A DNA stretch of 50,469 nucleotides, taken from positions 1 through 50,469 of IMG/VR virus record IMGVR_UViG_3300031999_000034; one strand, given 5' to 3'. Shown here piece after piece: positions 28,335 to 36,822 of the stretch (positions are counted from its first letter, which is position 1; every line of letters begins with the position of its first letter). Origin of the DNA: a virus (lineage: Duplodnaviria; Caudoviricetes). Made by a program: the position numbers and the translations under genes. The notes below the pieces were generated by a model. It did no database searches, was not told where the DNA came from, and was given only the letters and a program-made list of their open reading frames with translations.

Positions 28335-28943
28335 CAATCATTGATACTGATTCTCGATGTATATAGACGCGCGCGTGATCATGGCGTATTGCAACGTGGT
28401 GCTAGAAGCTTGCAATTAGCATGCTAGGTGCTTGCAATTTGCTACTTGTTTTGATTGTTAGTATCATGCCCAGTATGGAGTTGCATACTGCAAGCATCAC
28501 GTCCCAAGCCGTGCAACCTGCAAGTTCCAAGTGCCAAGCCGTGCATAGTGCAATAGCTGGCATTCATTGTGCATAATGCAAGGTCGTATACGTAGCAATA
28601 AGGAACAAGAAGTAAGAATAAGGGTGCATGGATGCTGAATTGGAGTATCAATTCGCGCTTTGCACTGCTTGACAGGGCATTGTGCAAATTCAATGTTCCC
28701 TATGGTTTAGCATTGTGGCTTGTAGTGCCTTATAGGGTATGGCACGCGGGTTGCTTTGGTCTACTCCAGAAGCTGGCACAGGCTGGCACAGACAAGGACG
28801 GGAAGCTAGAAGTCAGAAAGCACGACGCCAGATCACAGGTTGCGCGGTTCAAAGGTAGGATGCAGGACGGCAAGGAACCGACAACCGCAACAAGGCATGG
28901 CACAGAAGCTGCTAACATCATAGACCGAAGGGAGGCGGACACA

Positions 28944-29177
28944 ATGACCGACAAGCTTAGCGAAGCAATCAAAGCTGGATCATGCCAGCAAACGGCACCG
29001 GATAGCTTGCATCCTAGCATGCTGCTCCAAGACTGCCGTTGTATGGACGCGAATCCGCACCATGTACGCGGTACCTTGACCTATCGTTTCCGCGTCCGCA
29101 GTGTGCCCCGCAAGGGCAACTGCCCGACCGGACGGTTTGCGCACAGAACATGGTACGGCCCGTTCCGAACATGGTAG
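28944..29177 (+). CDS. Early hypothetical protein
   Basis: GGAGG RBS, ATG at 28944. Confidence 0.55.
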   Translation: MTDKLSEAIKAGSCQQTAPDSLHPSMLLQDCRCMDANPHHVRGTLTYRFRVRSVPRKGNCPTGRFAHRTWYGPFRTW

Positions 29178-29293
29178 GTTGCAAGCTGCAAGGGCGCTAG
29201 TCGCAAGTTACCAGCGCCCAAGGAACAACACGAAACAACGTGCCACAACGGGAAACGTCCCGACATGGCACAGAGATTGCAAAGGACGGCACC

Positions 29294-29470
29294 ATGCGGC
29301 ATACATGGCCGAACCTAAGCAAGCCGGCCGACCGTGCGAGACTCGCACGTAAAGCGCGGCACTGGCGGAGGATCGACAAAAGCACTGACGGGCCGCTGTC
29401 AAGGGTTATCGGGATTCGGTCGGCAATGGCGTACTGGGTTGCCAGCATGCCAGCTTTTCCGTACAGGTAG
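29294..29470 (+). CDS. Early hypothetical basic protein
   Basis: AAAGGAC RBS, ATG at 29294. Confidence 0.5.
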   Translation: MRHTWPNLSKPADRARLARKARHWRRIDKSTDGPLSRVIGIRSAMAYWVASMPAFPYR

Positions 29471-29491
29471 CGAAGCACAAAAGGACGCGGC

Positions 29492-29698
29492 ATGTACTCG
29501 ACAATTAATTTCCCGACCAAGAAAGCGCTCATTGCCGCTTTCAAGGAAGGGCGCAAGCTGACGGTATTCCAGCCGGGCGGAATGTTTCCCGGCGCAACGG
29601 ACGGCAAGGTCTGTATTGAAGGGCCGCACTATCCTAAACCGCATAGCTGGTACGCCAGCGCAACTATCGTGGATTCGGTTATCACGGCCGTTAAATAG
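29492..29698 (+). CDS. Small phage early protein
   Basis: AAAGGAC RBS; NFPTKKAL...EGPHYPKPHSWYA looks like a folded conserved domain. Confidence 0.75.
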   Translation: MYSTINFPTKKALIAAFKEGRKLTVFQPGGMFPGATDGKVCIEGPHYPKPHSWYASATIVDSVITAVK

Positions 29699-29714
29699 CG
29701 AAAGGACGGCAACC

Positions 29715-29942
29715 GTGCAAGCTGGAATGTACAAAGGGCGCACGTGGCGCACCGCGCGGGAGCCGGCAGTGCGAAAGCGCATGGCCGACTTTGCGCGGGC
29801 CGCCCGAAGACTCCCGGCGCCCGGCATGGACCGGGCCACGAAGTACGCGGAAATTCGGTCGTACATGGGTGTAATATCACGAACGGCGCGCAAGCAAGCG
29901 CACGACTGGGTGCGGCGCGAAGCGCGGGAGTTTGCACGATGA
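29715..29942 (+). CDS. Early hypothetical Arg-rich protein
   Basis: AAAGGAC RBS, GTG start, ATGA overlap with the next gene. Confidence 0.55.
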   Translation: MQAGMYKGRTWRTAREPAVRKRMADFARAARRLPAPGMDRATKYAEIRSYMGVISRTARKQAHDWVRREAREFAR

Positions 29943-30187
29943 AGCAAAGCTGGAAACCGTGCGACGGATGCACGGGCCATCTTGAAGCAATCGACATGAC
30001 CGGGCGCATGGCCGGCACGCTGCGATTACGAACCGAGCACGCGCGAAAGGAATTGCTGGCAATCTGTGGGCGCCAGCATGCGGACAAAATCATGGTGGAC
30101 GGGCCAGACGGGGCGCGCCATGTTGGCTATGTCATTGGCCGGCATTGGTTTAGGATCGAGCGCGTCGTGCCGGCTGAAAGGGGTTGA
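29939..30187 (+). CDS. Early hypothetical protein
   Basis: ATGA coupling; KIMVDGPDGARHVGYVIGRHWF. Confidence 0.65.
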   Translation: MKQSWKPCDGCTGHLEAIDMTGRMAGTLRLRTEHARKELLAICGRQHADKIMVDGPDGARHVGYVIGRHWFRIERVVPAERG

Positions 30188-30196
30188 CAGGCCCCC

Positions 30197-30376
30197 ATGA
30201 AAGCGCTATTGTGGTTCGGAACGGCCGAAGCAATGCTGGTGCCGATGCACAAGCAGGGCGACCGGCGATTCGCGCAGTTCGACGGCGCAACACTGGAATT
30301 GACAGACGAGGGCGGCGTTGTAATAATCGACGCGCCAGACGATGCAGAGATTCCTATAACGTGGTGCGGGAGGTGA
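30197..30376 (+). CDS. 59-aa hypothetical protein (below the ORF-track cutoff)
   Basis: MKALLWFGTAEAMLVP...IPITWCGR fills the gap between neighbours. Confidence 0.5.
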   Translation: MKALLWFGTAEAMLVPMHKQGDRRFAQFDGATLELTDEGGVVIIDAPDDAEIPITWCGR

Positions 30377-30379
30377 CAA

Positions 30380-30652
30380 ATGTACTATGAAACTAGCCGA
30401 TCCGGAGTGCGCACGAATTTCAGCTTGCAGGCACCTTGCAGTTCGCCGGAGCAAGTTACCGTCATCGACTTGGCCGGGGATCATTACATGCGTATTGCAA
30501 AATTCCCTGAAAAGATCCTGAAGCGCGTGGACCTAGTAAGGGCTGGGGACGCGCAGCAAGCGGCGAACATGGTGTACGAATCGCCCTTAACCAGCCCTAC
30601 TCTGGACGAATCGGACGTGGAGGCCATTATGGCCGCCATGCGAAACAGCTAA
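30380..30652 (+). CDS. Hypothetical protein
   Basis: GGAGG RBS. Confidence 0.6.
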   Translation: MYYETSRSGVRTNFSLQAPCSSPEQVTVIDLAGDHYMRIAKFPEKILKRVDLVRAGDAQQAANMVYESPLTSPTLDESDVEAIMAAMRNS

Positions 30653-30657
30653 ATTAG

Positions 30658-30703
30658 CTTGCACTCATTTCGAGTGCTCGAAAGGAGGTGCTTCAACATG
30701 GCA
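30658..30703 (+). promoter_or_regulatory. Repeated leader hairpin plus RBS, copy 1
   Basis: CTT GCACTC ATTTC GAGTGC TCGAAAGGAGGTGC...ATGGCA. Confidence 0.75.
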
Positions 30704-31216
30704 AAGATCACAAATGTTCATCGGCGCATGTATCAGAAAGCAATCGAGGATGCGCTCAAGACCGCGCGCGACGAAGCGAGCGTCAACTACCTGAACGCGG
30801 TAGGCGCCGGGATCAAGGCATACGTTGCCAGCAATCCGGAAGTCAAGCGGGACGTGCGCCGGTTGGCCGCCTTGCAGACAACTGCCGACAACGCCGTCAA
30901 CGAAATGAACAAAATCAAGGAGAATCTCAAGGTCTACGGCCTGAATGCCGACATCTTCAAGACCAGCACGTATTCGTGCCCGTCGGCTGACAACCCGGTA
31001 ATCGATTACGCGGGAGTGCAGGTGCAGGTCAGTTTGCCGTTCAGGTGCTTGCCGAGTCCGATGTTGCCCGCCGGCATCTACGTCGGAAAGGCCGTGGCGG
31101 CGCTGCAAGACCGCAAGGACGAGCTTAAAGACATCGGGTCCAGCTACCGGCGCGCGGTGGCGGAAGCAACCAACACCGACGAGTTGTCGGCGCTGATGAA
31201 CAAGATCACCGTGTAA
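30698..31216 (+). CDS. Hypothetical coiled-coil protein (172 aa)
   Basis: AAGGAGGT RBS. Confidence 0.7.
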   Translation: MAKITNVHRRMYQKAIEDALKTARDEASVNYLNAVGAGIKAYVASNPEVKRDVRRLAALQTTADNAVNEMNKIKENLKVYGLNADIFKTSTYSCPSADNPVIDYAGVQVQVSLPFRCLPSPMLPAGIYVGKAVAALQDRKDELKDIGSSYRRAVAEATNTDELSALMNKITV

Positions 31217-31234
31217 GTGCCCGGTAACAAACGA

Positions 31235-31280
31235 CTTGCACCCATACCGGGTGCTCGAAAGGAGGTGCTACATCATGGCA
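31235..31280 (+). promoter_or_regulatory. Repeated leader hairpin plus RBS, copy 2
   Basis: CTT GCACCC ATACC GGGTGC TCGAAAGGAGGTGC...ATGGCA. Confidence 0.75.
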
Positions 31281-32210
31281 CATATGGTCGAACGGATGGC
31301 GTACTACGGTGCCAAGCCGTGGCACGGTCTGGGCTACGAATTGCCCGACCATGCCGACACCGATCAAATGCTGGTTGCCGCTGGTCTGGACTGGACCGTC
31401 ATGCGGGAGCCTGTCGTGTTCCTCAATAATGAGGGCCACCTGATCGATGTTCCCGACACCTACGCGCTGGTCAGATCGATTGACGGCAAGGTGCTCGCGT
31501 CGTGTGGGCGCCAGTACAAGCCGGTTCAGAATCGGGAAGCGTTCGAGTTCTTCCGCGAGTTCGTGGAAGCTGGAGACGCGACGATGGAGACGGCCGGCTC
31601 ACTGGACGATGGGCGGTATGTCTGGGGCTTGGCCAACCTGAACACCGGGTTCAAGCTGGGCGGGACGGACGAGTCTAAAGGCTACCTGCTGGTGGGCTGC
31701 CCGCACAAGCCGGGCAAGTCGCTGATCATTCGGCACACGATGATTCGCGTCGTATGCTGGAACACGCTTACCGCAGCGCTGGCCGGTGTCGGGCAGGAGT
31801 TCCGAATGCGGCACACGCGGCGATTCGATGCCAGCCAGATGCGGGAAGCGCGGCTGGTGCTGGGCATTGCCCGCGAACAGACGGACGCATTCGCGGCACA
31901 GGCCGAAGCCATTTCCAAGGTCGTGATGGCACATCAGGACGTGGTGGCGCTGTACAGGAGCGTCTACCAGCCGGACGGCAACCAGTATGACCGCGACAAT
32001 CGGGCGGTGCAGCGGGTCATGGGATCGTACTACAACGCACCGGGTGCCACTCCGGGCACCGCGTGGGGCGTCCTGAACGGGGCCACCCACTTCGAGGATC
32101 ATACGCATGGGCGCACCCAAAGCAGCCGGCTCAAGTCGGCGTGGCTTGGGGCGGGCGCTGCGAACAAGACCAAGGTGCTGGCAGCCCTGTTGCAGGGTGC
32201 TGGCGTTTAG
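31275..32210 (+). CDS. DUF932-family protein
   Basis: MAH.VE.MAY...PWHGLG, AGLDWTV, YKPVQNREAFEFF, ETAGSL..GRYVW, IRVVCWNTL, GTAWG.LN. Confidence 0.9.
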   Translation: MAHMVERMAYYGAKPWHGLGYELPDHADTDQMLVAAGLDWTVMREPVVFLNNEGHLIDVPDTYALVRSIDGKVLASCGRQYKPVQNREAFEFFREFVEAGDATMETAGSLDDGRYVWGLANLNTGFKLGGTDESKGYLLVGCPHKPGKSLIIRHTMIRVVCWNTLTAALAGVGQEFRMRHTRRFDASQMREARLVLGIAREQTDAFAAQAEAISKVVMAHQDVVALYRSVYQPDGNQYDRDNRAVQRVMGSYYNAPGATPGTAWGVLNGATHFEDHTHGRTQSSRLKSAWLGAGAANKTKVLAALLQGAGV

Positions 32211-32373
32211 CAACTGGCGCTCCAATGACCGTTGCAGATCACCGCAATTATGCGGCCTGCAAAGGCGAACGGCCAGAGGGGCGCTAGACGGCGGGGCCAC
32301 GATGGGCGGTGCCGGCGGCTGTAGCCAAGGGTGGGCGGCCCTAGTGGCCCCGCCTCAACAACGAAAGGAAGTC

Positions 32374-32604
32374 ATGGCAAGCGTGAAACTGATCTATTCC
32401 GACGATGATCGGCCGGTTGTTGGATTTTCGCTGCGCTCGGGCTGCGGAAACACGGTGTCGGCAGCGCGCAGCAAAAGCATCCGGAACCAGATAACACTTC
32501 GAATCAATGATGAGCAAGCGTATATCCACCTGTATGCCAGCGAAGCGCGCGAAATCGCAGACGCGCTGGTGAAGATGGCCGACAACATGGATTCGAACCC
32601 ATGA
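32374..32604 (+). CDS. Hypothetical protein, tandem paralog A
   Basis: FSLRSGCG...IHLYASEAREIADAL. Confidence 0.7.
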   Translation: MASVKLIYSDDDRPVVGFSLRSGCGNTVSAARSKSIRNQITLRINDEQAYIHLYASEAREIADALVKMADNMDSNP

Positions 32605-32840
32605 GCGACGAGGTAAGGTTCAAGTACGACATGCCGGCCCCGTCAACCATGAGAAGTTTCTCGTTGGTGTCGGGGTGCGGCGGCGCAATCGAGGCAACGC
32701 GGGACATGGACTGCGACGAGATGGTAGCAGTCGTGGTGATTCCCAACACCGAAGGCAACATCTGGCTGTACAAAAGCGAAGCAATCGCAATCGGCCATGC
32801 GCTGATCGCGCTGGCCAGTACCATTACGGACGGGACGTGA
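32601..32840 (+). CDS. Hypothetical protein, tandem paralog B
   Basis: FSLVSGCG...IWLYKSEAIAIGHAL. Confidence 0.7.
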   Translation: MSDEVRFKYDMPAPSTMRSFSLVSGCGGAIEATRDMDCDEMVAVVVIPNTEGNIWLYKSEAIAIGHALIALASTITDGT

Positions 32841-32842
32841 CA

Positions 32843-33073
32843 ATGAAGCCACCCAGAAACCAAGCCGACGTGCTGCGCTTGGCAAAGCGCCTGTACGGGC
32901 ATCAAGCGGAGATCCGACACTGGCTGATCGGGGAAAAATTTCCGCAATGGGAAGTTTGGGCGTACAACGGCAACCTGATGCTGACGCGGAGCACGCTGTG
33001 CGGTCTTGGGCGCGCATTGCACCAAGACTACGAACGGCAGCAGGCGCGCAAGAAATGGGGTGCGGCAGCATGA
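32843..33073 (+). CDS. Hypothetical protein
   Basis: Coupled ORF. Confidence 0.55.
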   Translation: MKPPRNQADVLRLAKRLYGHQAEIRHWLIGEKFPQWEVWAYNGNLMLTRSTLCGLGRALHQDYERQQARKKWGAAA

Positions 33074-33309
33074 GCGAACCACACGACATACACACTTCTG
33101 AATATGACCGTTTAGTAGCGCGGAACTGGCGCGAGATGGCAGTCAGACGCGCTTTGCGCTTGGCGCTGGCACAGTGGGCGGATGAACGGGAACTGTTCGA
33201 TATTACAGACAATCCAATCGGCATTGTTGAAATGCGTACCGTGTCCGATCATTTAACGGTGCTGCTACCAAACGGCGAGACGTTCACATTTAGGATCGAT
33301 GTGATATGA
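33070..33309 (+). CDS. Hypothetical protein
   Basis: ATGA coupling on both sides. Confidence 0.6.
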   Translation: MSEPHDIHTSEYDRLVARNWREMAVRRALRLALAQWADERELFDITDNPIGIVEMRTVSDHLTVLLPNGETFTFRIDVI

Positions 33310-33962
33310 AACTATTGCCGGGCCATCCGGCCTTAAGCCAATGCCGTACCATTCATACCAAGATGGTTCGGAGTGTGCGCCCGGGCGAGAAGCCCTTGAA
33401 GCGGGGCTCCTCCAACAGTAAGATCGGCGGGCCGCGTGTCCTGATCGGCAAGTGGAAAGGGTTCCGCATGCTGTCATGCACGAACGAGGAGCGGGCCACC
33501 TGCCCCTTGACGTGCCAGCACAGAGCCGATTGCTACGGCAACAACATGCCGTTTGCGATTCGGTACCGAATCGATCAGCGCTGGTACGATGCGGTGTCTG
33601 CGCAGTTGTCGTATGAATGCGGCAAAGGTCCAGTCGCACTACGGCTCAAGGTGCTGGGCGATTTCTGCGGCCTAACGGAGATGACGTTCTGGCGCCAGCA
33701 AATGCGCCGGCATCGTAACCTGTATGTGTGGGGATTCACGGCGCACAAGGATGGCGGTATGCGGACCATACTGCGGGAGTTCGCCAAAGAGTTTACCAGT
33801 CGTTGGAGGATCCGAACAAGCGGCGCCGGCGACGTGCCGTGGGCAGCAAATGCGGAAGGCGGGCCGGGGTTTGTGTGCCCGGGTATTAGCAAAGGTCTGA
33901 CGTGTGTAACATGCGGACTGTGCTGGTCTACCAGTAAGCCGGTTGTGTTTCCGGATCACTAG
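33306..33962 (+). CDS. Gp88-like Cys-rich (radical-SAM-like Fe-S) phage protein
   Basis: NSKIG, TCPLTC....CYG, RL.VLGDF, WGFT, CP...TCVTCGLCW. Confidence 0.7.
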   Translation: MKLLPGHPALSQCRTIHTKMVRSVRPGEKPLKRGSSNSKIGGPRVLIGKWKGFRMLSCTNEERATCPLTCQHRADCYGNNMPFAIRYRIDQRWYDAVSAQLSYECGKGPVALRLKVLGDFCGLTEMTFWRQQMRRHRNLYVWGFTAHKDGGMRTILREFAKEFTSRWRIRTSGAGDVPWAANAEGGPGFVCPGISKGLTCVTCGLCWSTSKPVVFPDH

Positions 33963-34019
33963 GTTTCGGGCACGCAGCTCCAAGCCACCAGACTGTTGCA
34001 GCACAACAACATAGAGCGG

Positions 34020-34048
34020 TTGACATTCGACAAAGGACGTGCTACTAT
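34020..34048 (+). promoter_or_regulatory. Sigma70-type promoter
   Basis: TTGACA-17-TACTAT with TG at the extended -10 position; overlaps a possible RBS/ATG at 34047. Confidence 0.6.
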
Positions 34049-34247
34049 GAATGCTCTCAAGTCGCTAATGCACAACATCGCCAAGATGTCAATCCCCAAA
34101 CGCGCGCGCAAATTGGTAGGTCTTACAACTGCGGCTGACCGTATGGAGCTGTTCGAGGAACGGCGCCGCATTTTCAACCTACAGCGCGGCCATGCCCACC
34201 CGGCAATGGTGTCGGCGGCGAGACGGCACGGAATGGAGAAGAATTAG
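34047..34247 (+). CDS. Hypothetical protein
   Basis: AAAGGAC upstream; start uncertain because it overlaps the -10 box. Confidence 0.45.
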   Translation: MNALKSLMHNIAKMSIPKRARKLVGLTTAADRMELFEERRRIFNLQRGHAHPAMVSAARRHGMEKN

Positions 34248-34248
34248 G

Positions 34249-34557
34249 ATGGCCAGCAAGCCAAACTATGTTCTGCCGCAGTATGTTACCGATTCCATGC
34301 AGCCGCGCTGGGTGCTAGTACAGTGGCGCGAGACGAATGAATGGACCGTGGTCGGGCATACGGACAGGTCGCCGCGCAAGTATCGGCCCAGCGGCCTCTC
34401 CCGTGGAGCGTACTTTCATTACGGCGCGTATTCAAGCACACTCTGGAAGAAACCAGAGAGTACAAGCCCGTACGTGCGGGCGCACAAGATCGTCATCGCA
34501 AACACCAAACAGGAGGCAGAAAACCAATGTCAGATTCTCAACTCAAGCTCCAGATAG
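34249..34557 (+). CDS. Hypothetical protein
   Basis: Coupled ORF, GGAG upstream. Confidence 0.55.
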   Translation: MASKPNYVLPQYVTDSMQPRWVLVQWRETNEWTVVGHTDRSPRKYRPSGLSRGAYFHYGAYSSTLWKKPESTSPYVRAHKIVIANTKQEAENQCQILNSSSR

Positions 34558-34910
34558 GCGAAGCCGAAATCCAAAACGCAATCGCGGTGGCTCTGGCCGA
34601 GGCCCTTTCTCCGGAGCGCAAAGACGCCATGATTCGTGATGTCGTTCGTGCCCACCTGACGGCAAAAGTTGACAGCTACGGGCGGGAAACGATTCTTGGC
34701 AAGACCATCGGAAACCTGCTGCGTGCCGAGGCCGAGAAGCAGGTGCGTGAAACTTTCGAAGACAAGATCGCGCCGAGGGTTCGCGGCATCGTACTGGACG
34801 CGCTGGGGCCGGCGTGGGTGGATGCCATTTGCGCGCAGTTGAAGACAGCCATTGCCAAGCGCATGGTTACCGGAATCACTGTGGATGTTACAGTGCTGGA
34901 CGTGGATTAG
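34527..34910 (+). CDS. Hypothetical helical protein
   Basis: AGGAGG RBS. Confidence 0.65.
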   Translation: MSDSQLKLQIGEAEIQNAIAVALAEALSPERKDAMIRDVVRAHLTAKVDSYGRETILGKTIGNLLRAEAEKQVRETFEDKIAPRVRGIVLDALGPAWVDAICAQLKTAIAKRMVTGITVDVTVLDVD

Positions 34911-34911
34911 T

Positions 34912-35049
34912 ATGCCAAACTTCGGAACGTGGTGCGACCTATGCGAACGAGAGATCCGAGACGACAACGGCGGCCACGCGGACTGGTGCCCTGACAGCGA
35001 CCACGATTATCCAGATCAGGAGGAACCATGTGTAAACCTGCAAGTATGA
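34912..35049 (+). CDS. Small putative Zn-binding protein
   Basis: CDLC...HADWC. Confidence 0.5.
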   Translation: MPNFGTWCDLCEREIRDDNGGHADWCPDSDHDYPDQEEPCVNLQV

Positions 35050-35900
35050 TTCTGACGAAGGACGGCTGTTTCCACGATCCCGACAGCGACAGACACCAGC
35101 GAATCATCGAAATTCACAAACTCAACGCAGACGGCGCGCGGGGTCCGAACATCGTGCCGGTGGAGATTGTGCCCCCTAGAGAGAACTATTCACTACCGCT
35201 GGAATTGTGGGTGTTTAAAACTGACTGCGACGACGCAATCCTGCCCGACTGGTATACCAATGATCCAGTTGCCGCTGAATCCCGCGCCCGTGTTGGCCTG
35301 CTGGCGTGGGCTGCCGACCACATCAAGAGTGTAGGTGAGCAGGTTGTTGAGATAGGCCAAGAGCGTATTGCCGTCGGGGTATGCCGGCAGACAATCAACG
35401 GGGGCGGGGGCAGCGCCTACGGCAACGCTACGCAGACAATCAACGGGGGCCGGGGCTCCGCCTACGACAACGCTACGCAGACAGTCAACGGGGGCGCGGG
35501 CTACGCCTACGGCAACGCTACGCAGACAATCAACGGGGGCTGTGGCAACGTCTACAACAACGCTACGCAGACAATCAACGGGGGCCGGGGCTCCGCCTAC
35601 GACAACGCTACGCAGACAGTCAACGGGGGCGAGGGCCGCGCCCACGACAACGCTACGCAGACAATCAACGGGGGCTGTGGCAACGTCTACAACAACGCTA
35701 CGCAGACAATCAACGGGGGCTTGGGCTGCGCCTACGACAACGCTACGCAGACAATCAACGGGGGCCGGGGCTCCGCCTACGACAACGCTACGCAGACAGT
35801 CAACGGGGGCTTGGGCTGCGCCTACGACAACGCTACGCAGACACTCAACGGGGGCCGGGGCTACGCCTACGACAGCGCTACAGTGACTGACAATCGGTAG
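35028..35900 (+). CDS. Repeat protein: ~120-aa N-terminal region plus 11 x 15-aa beta-solenoid-like repeats
   Basis: GGAGG RBS; repeat QT(I/V/L)NGGxGxAYxNAT. Confidence 0.85.
   Translation: MCKPASMILTKDGCFHDPDSDRHQRIIEIHKLNADGARGPNIVPVEIVPPRENYSLPLELWVFKTDCDDAILPDWYTNDPVAAESRARVGLLAWAADHIKSVGEQVVEIGQERIAVGVCRQTINGGGGSAYGNATQTINGGRGSAYDNATQTVNGGAGYAYGNATQTINGGCGNVYNNATQTINGGRGSAYDNATQTVNGGEGRAHDNATQTINGGCGNVYNNATQTINGGLGCAYDNATQTINGGRGSAYDNATQTVNGGLGCAYDNATQTLNGGRGYAYDSATVTDNR
35388..35882 (+). repeat. Tandem repeat, 11 x 45 bp
   Basis: Unit CAGACA(A/G/C)TCAACGGGGGC-NNN-GGC-NNC-GYC-YAC-RRC-AACGCTACG. Confidence 0.97.
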
Positions 35901-36137
35901 GGTCATGCGCAATTTGGAGGAACCATGCTGCACTTAATGTGTTGGCTATCCGGAAAGTGGGAATGGGCATGACAAACGATATCGAGCGCCGCGCCGCCGA
36001 TGGGGAGGGGTGGGCTGCGGGAGAAGCGGATGAGGCGGATACTGAAAGCATACGTCTGCAAGGATCCCATTGGTGTGTGAAACACCAGTTTCATAACAAC
36101 AATGGACTCATAGTGTTACAACGAAAGGACCAAACCG

Positions 36138-36686
36138 ATGAGTGACCACCGTGGAGAAGAAAACATCATTGCTGTGCATCTGGCGGACGCAATCTTTCCG
36201 GCGCCGCACATGCTGCACGTGTTTCGACAGAACGGGGAATCCCGCGATACAGTTGTTGCTCAGGTGATACGTGGCGTAATTAAGTCCCAGGAAATGGCTA
36301 GTGACGCTAGTATCCACCGCAGCATGTATATCAGCGAAATAGTATCACACCTGACATACGATGTCGGGTACGTGATAGATGTTACTTACAAGAATCTGCC
36401 CCAGGAATCCGATGCGTGGTTCGTGAAGTTCACTGCGTATAGAACCGACAACGGCGAAGCAGACTTAGCCCGATGCCGTGGTGGGTTACTGGTGCGCGTT
36501 GAAGACAAAGAACTCAAATTCTACGGAGAAACTGGCATCTTCTGTGGGATGTCTGAGCTATTCCCACTTGCCAAGAAGTACAGAGTCTACTCCCCTCCGA
36601 CGGCGCAGTTGCCAGAGGTTGTGTGGGTGTATTTCCACGAAAGCACTGGAAGGTGGCATTCGTTGCGGGACAGCCGGGGAGCCTAG
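36138..36686 (+). CDS. Hypothetical protein (182 aa)
   Basis: AAAGGAC RBS. Confidence 0.65.
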   Translation: MSDHRGEENIIAVHLADAIFPAPHMLHVFRQNGESRDTVVAQVIRGVIKSQEMASDASIHRSMYISEIVSHLTYDVGYVIDVTYKNLPQESDAWFVKFTAYRTDNGEADLARCRGGLLVRVEDKELKFYGETGIFCGMSELFPLAKKYRVYSPPTAQLPEVVWVYFHESTGRWHSLRDSRGA

Positions 36687-36736
36687 CTGCTCCGGGTTAC
36701 GTGGTACGTAAGGCATACGTCTGCAAGAATTAAGTA

Positions 36737-36787
36737 TACTGATGTTAGCAAAGTTACAAACAAACGATAAACTAGCTAACATCAGTA
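36737..36787. repeat. Perfect 13-bp inverted repeat in an AT-rich intergenic tract
   Basis: TACTGATGTTAGC (36737) / GCTAACATCAGTA (36775). Confidence 0.85.
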
Positions 36788-36822
36788 CAGTTACACTACA
36801 AAAAACAAGAAGGTTATGATCC

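Noticed and set aside
30184-30327. Promoters TTGACA-17-TATTGT (30184) and TTGACA-17-AATAAT (30299)
   Set aside because: Both overlap a plausible ORF (30197-30376); too uncertain to list.
35388-35882. CRISPR array
   Set aside because: The variable parts are 18 nt or less, similar to each other, repeated, and in frame within a gene with an RBS; no cas operon is present.
35193-35933. Alternative-frame ORFs across the repeat
   Set aside because: They are open only because the 45-bp unit lacks stops; no RBS.
35028-36140. Canonical DGR
   Set aside because: No reverse transcriptase motif or template repeat was seen, and wobble adenines in the repeat are invariant.
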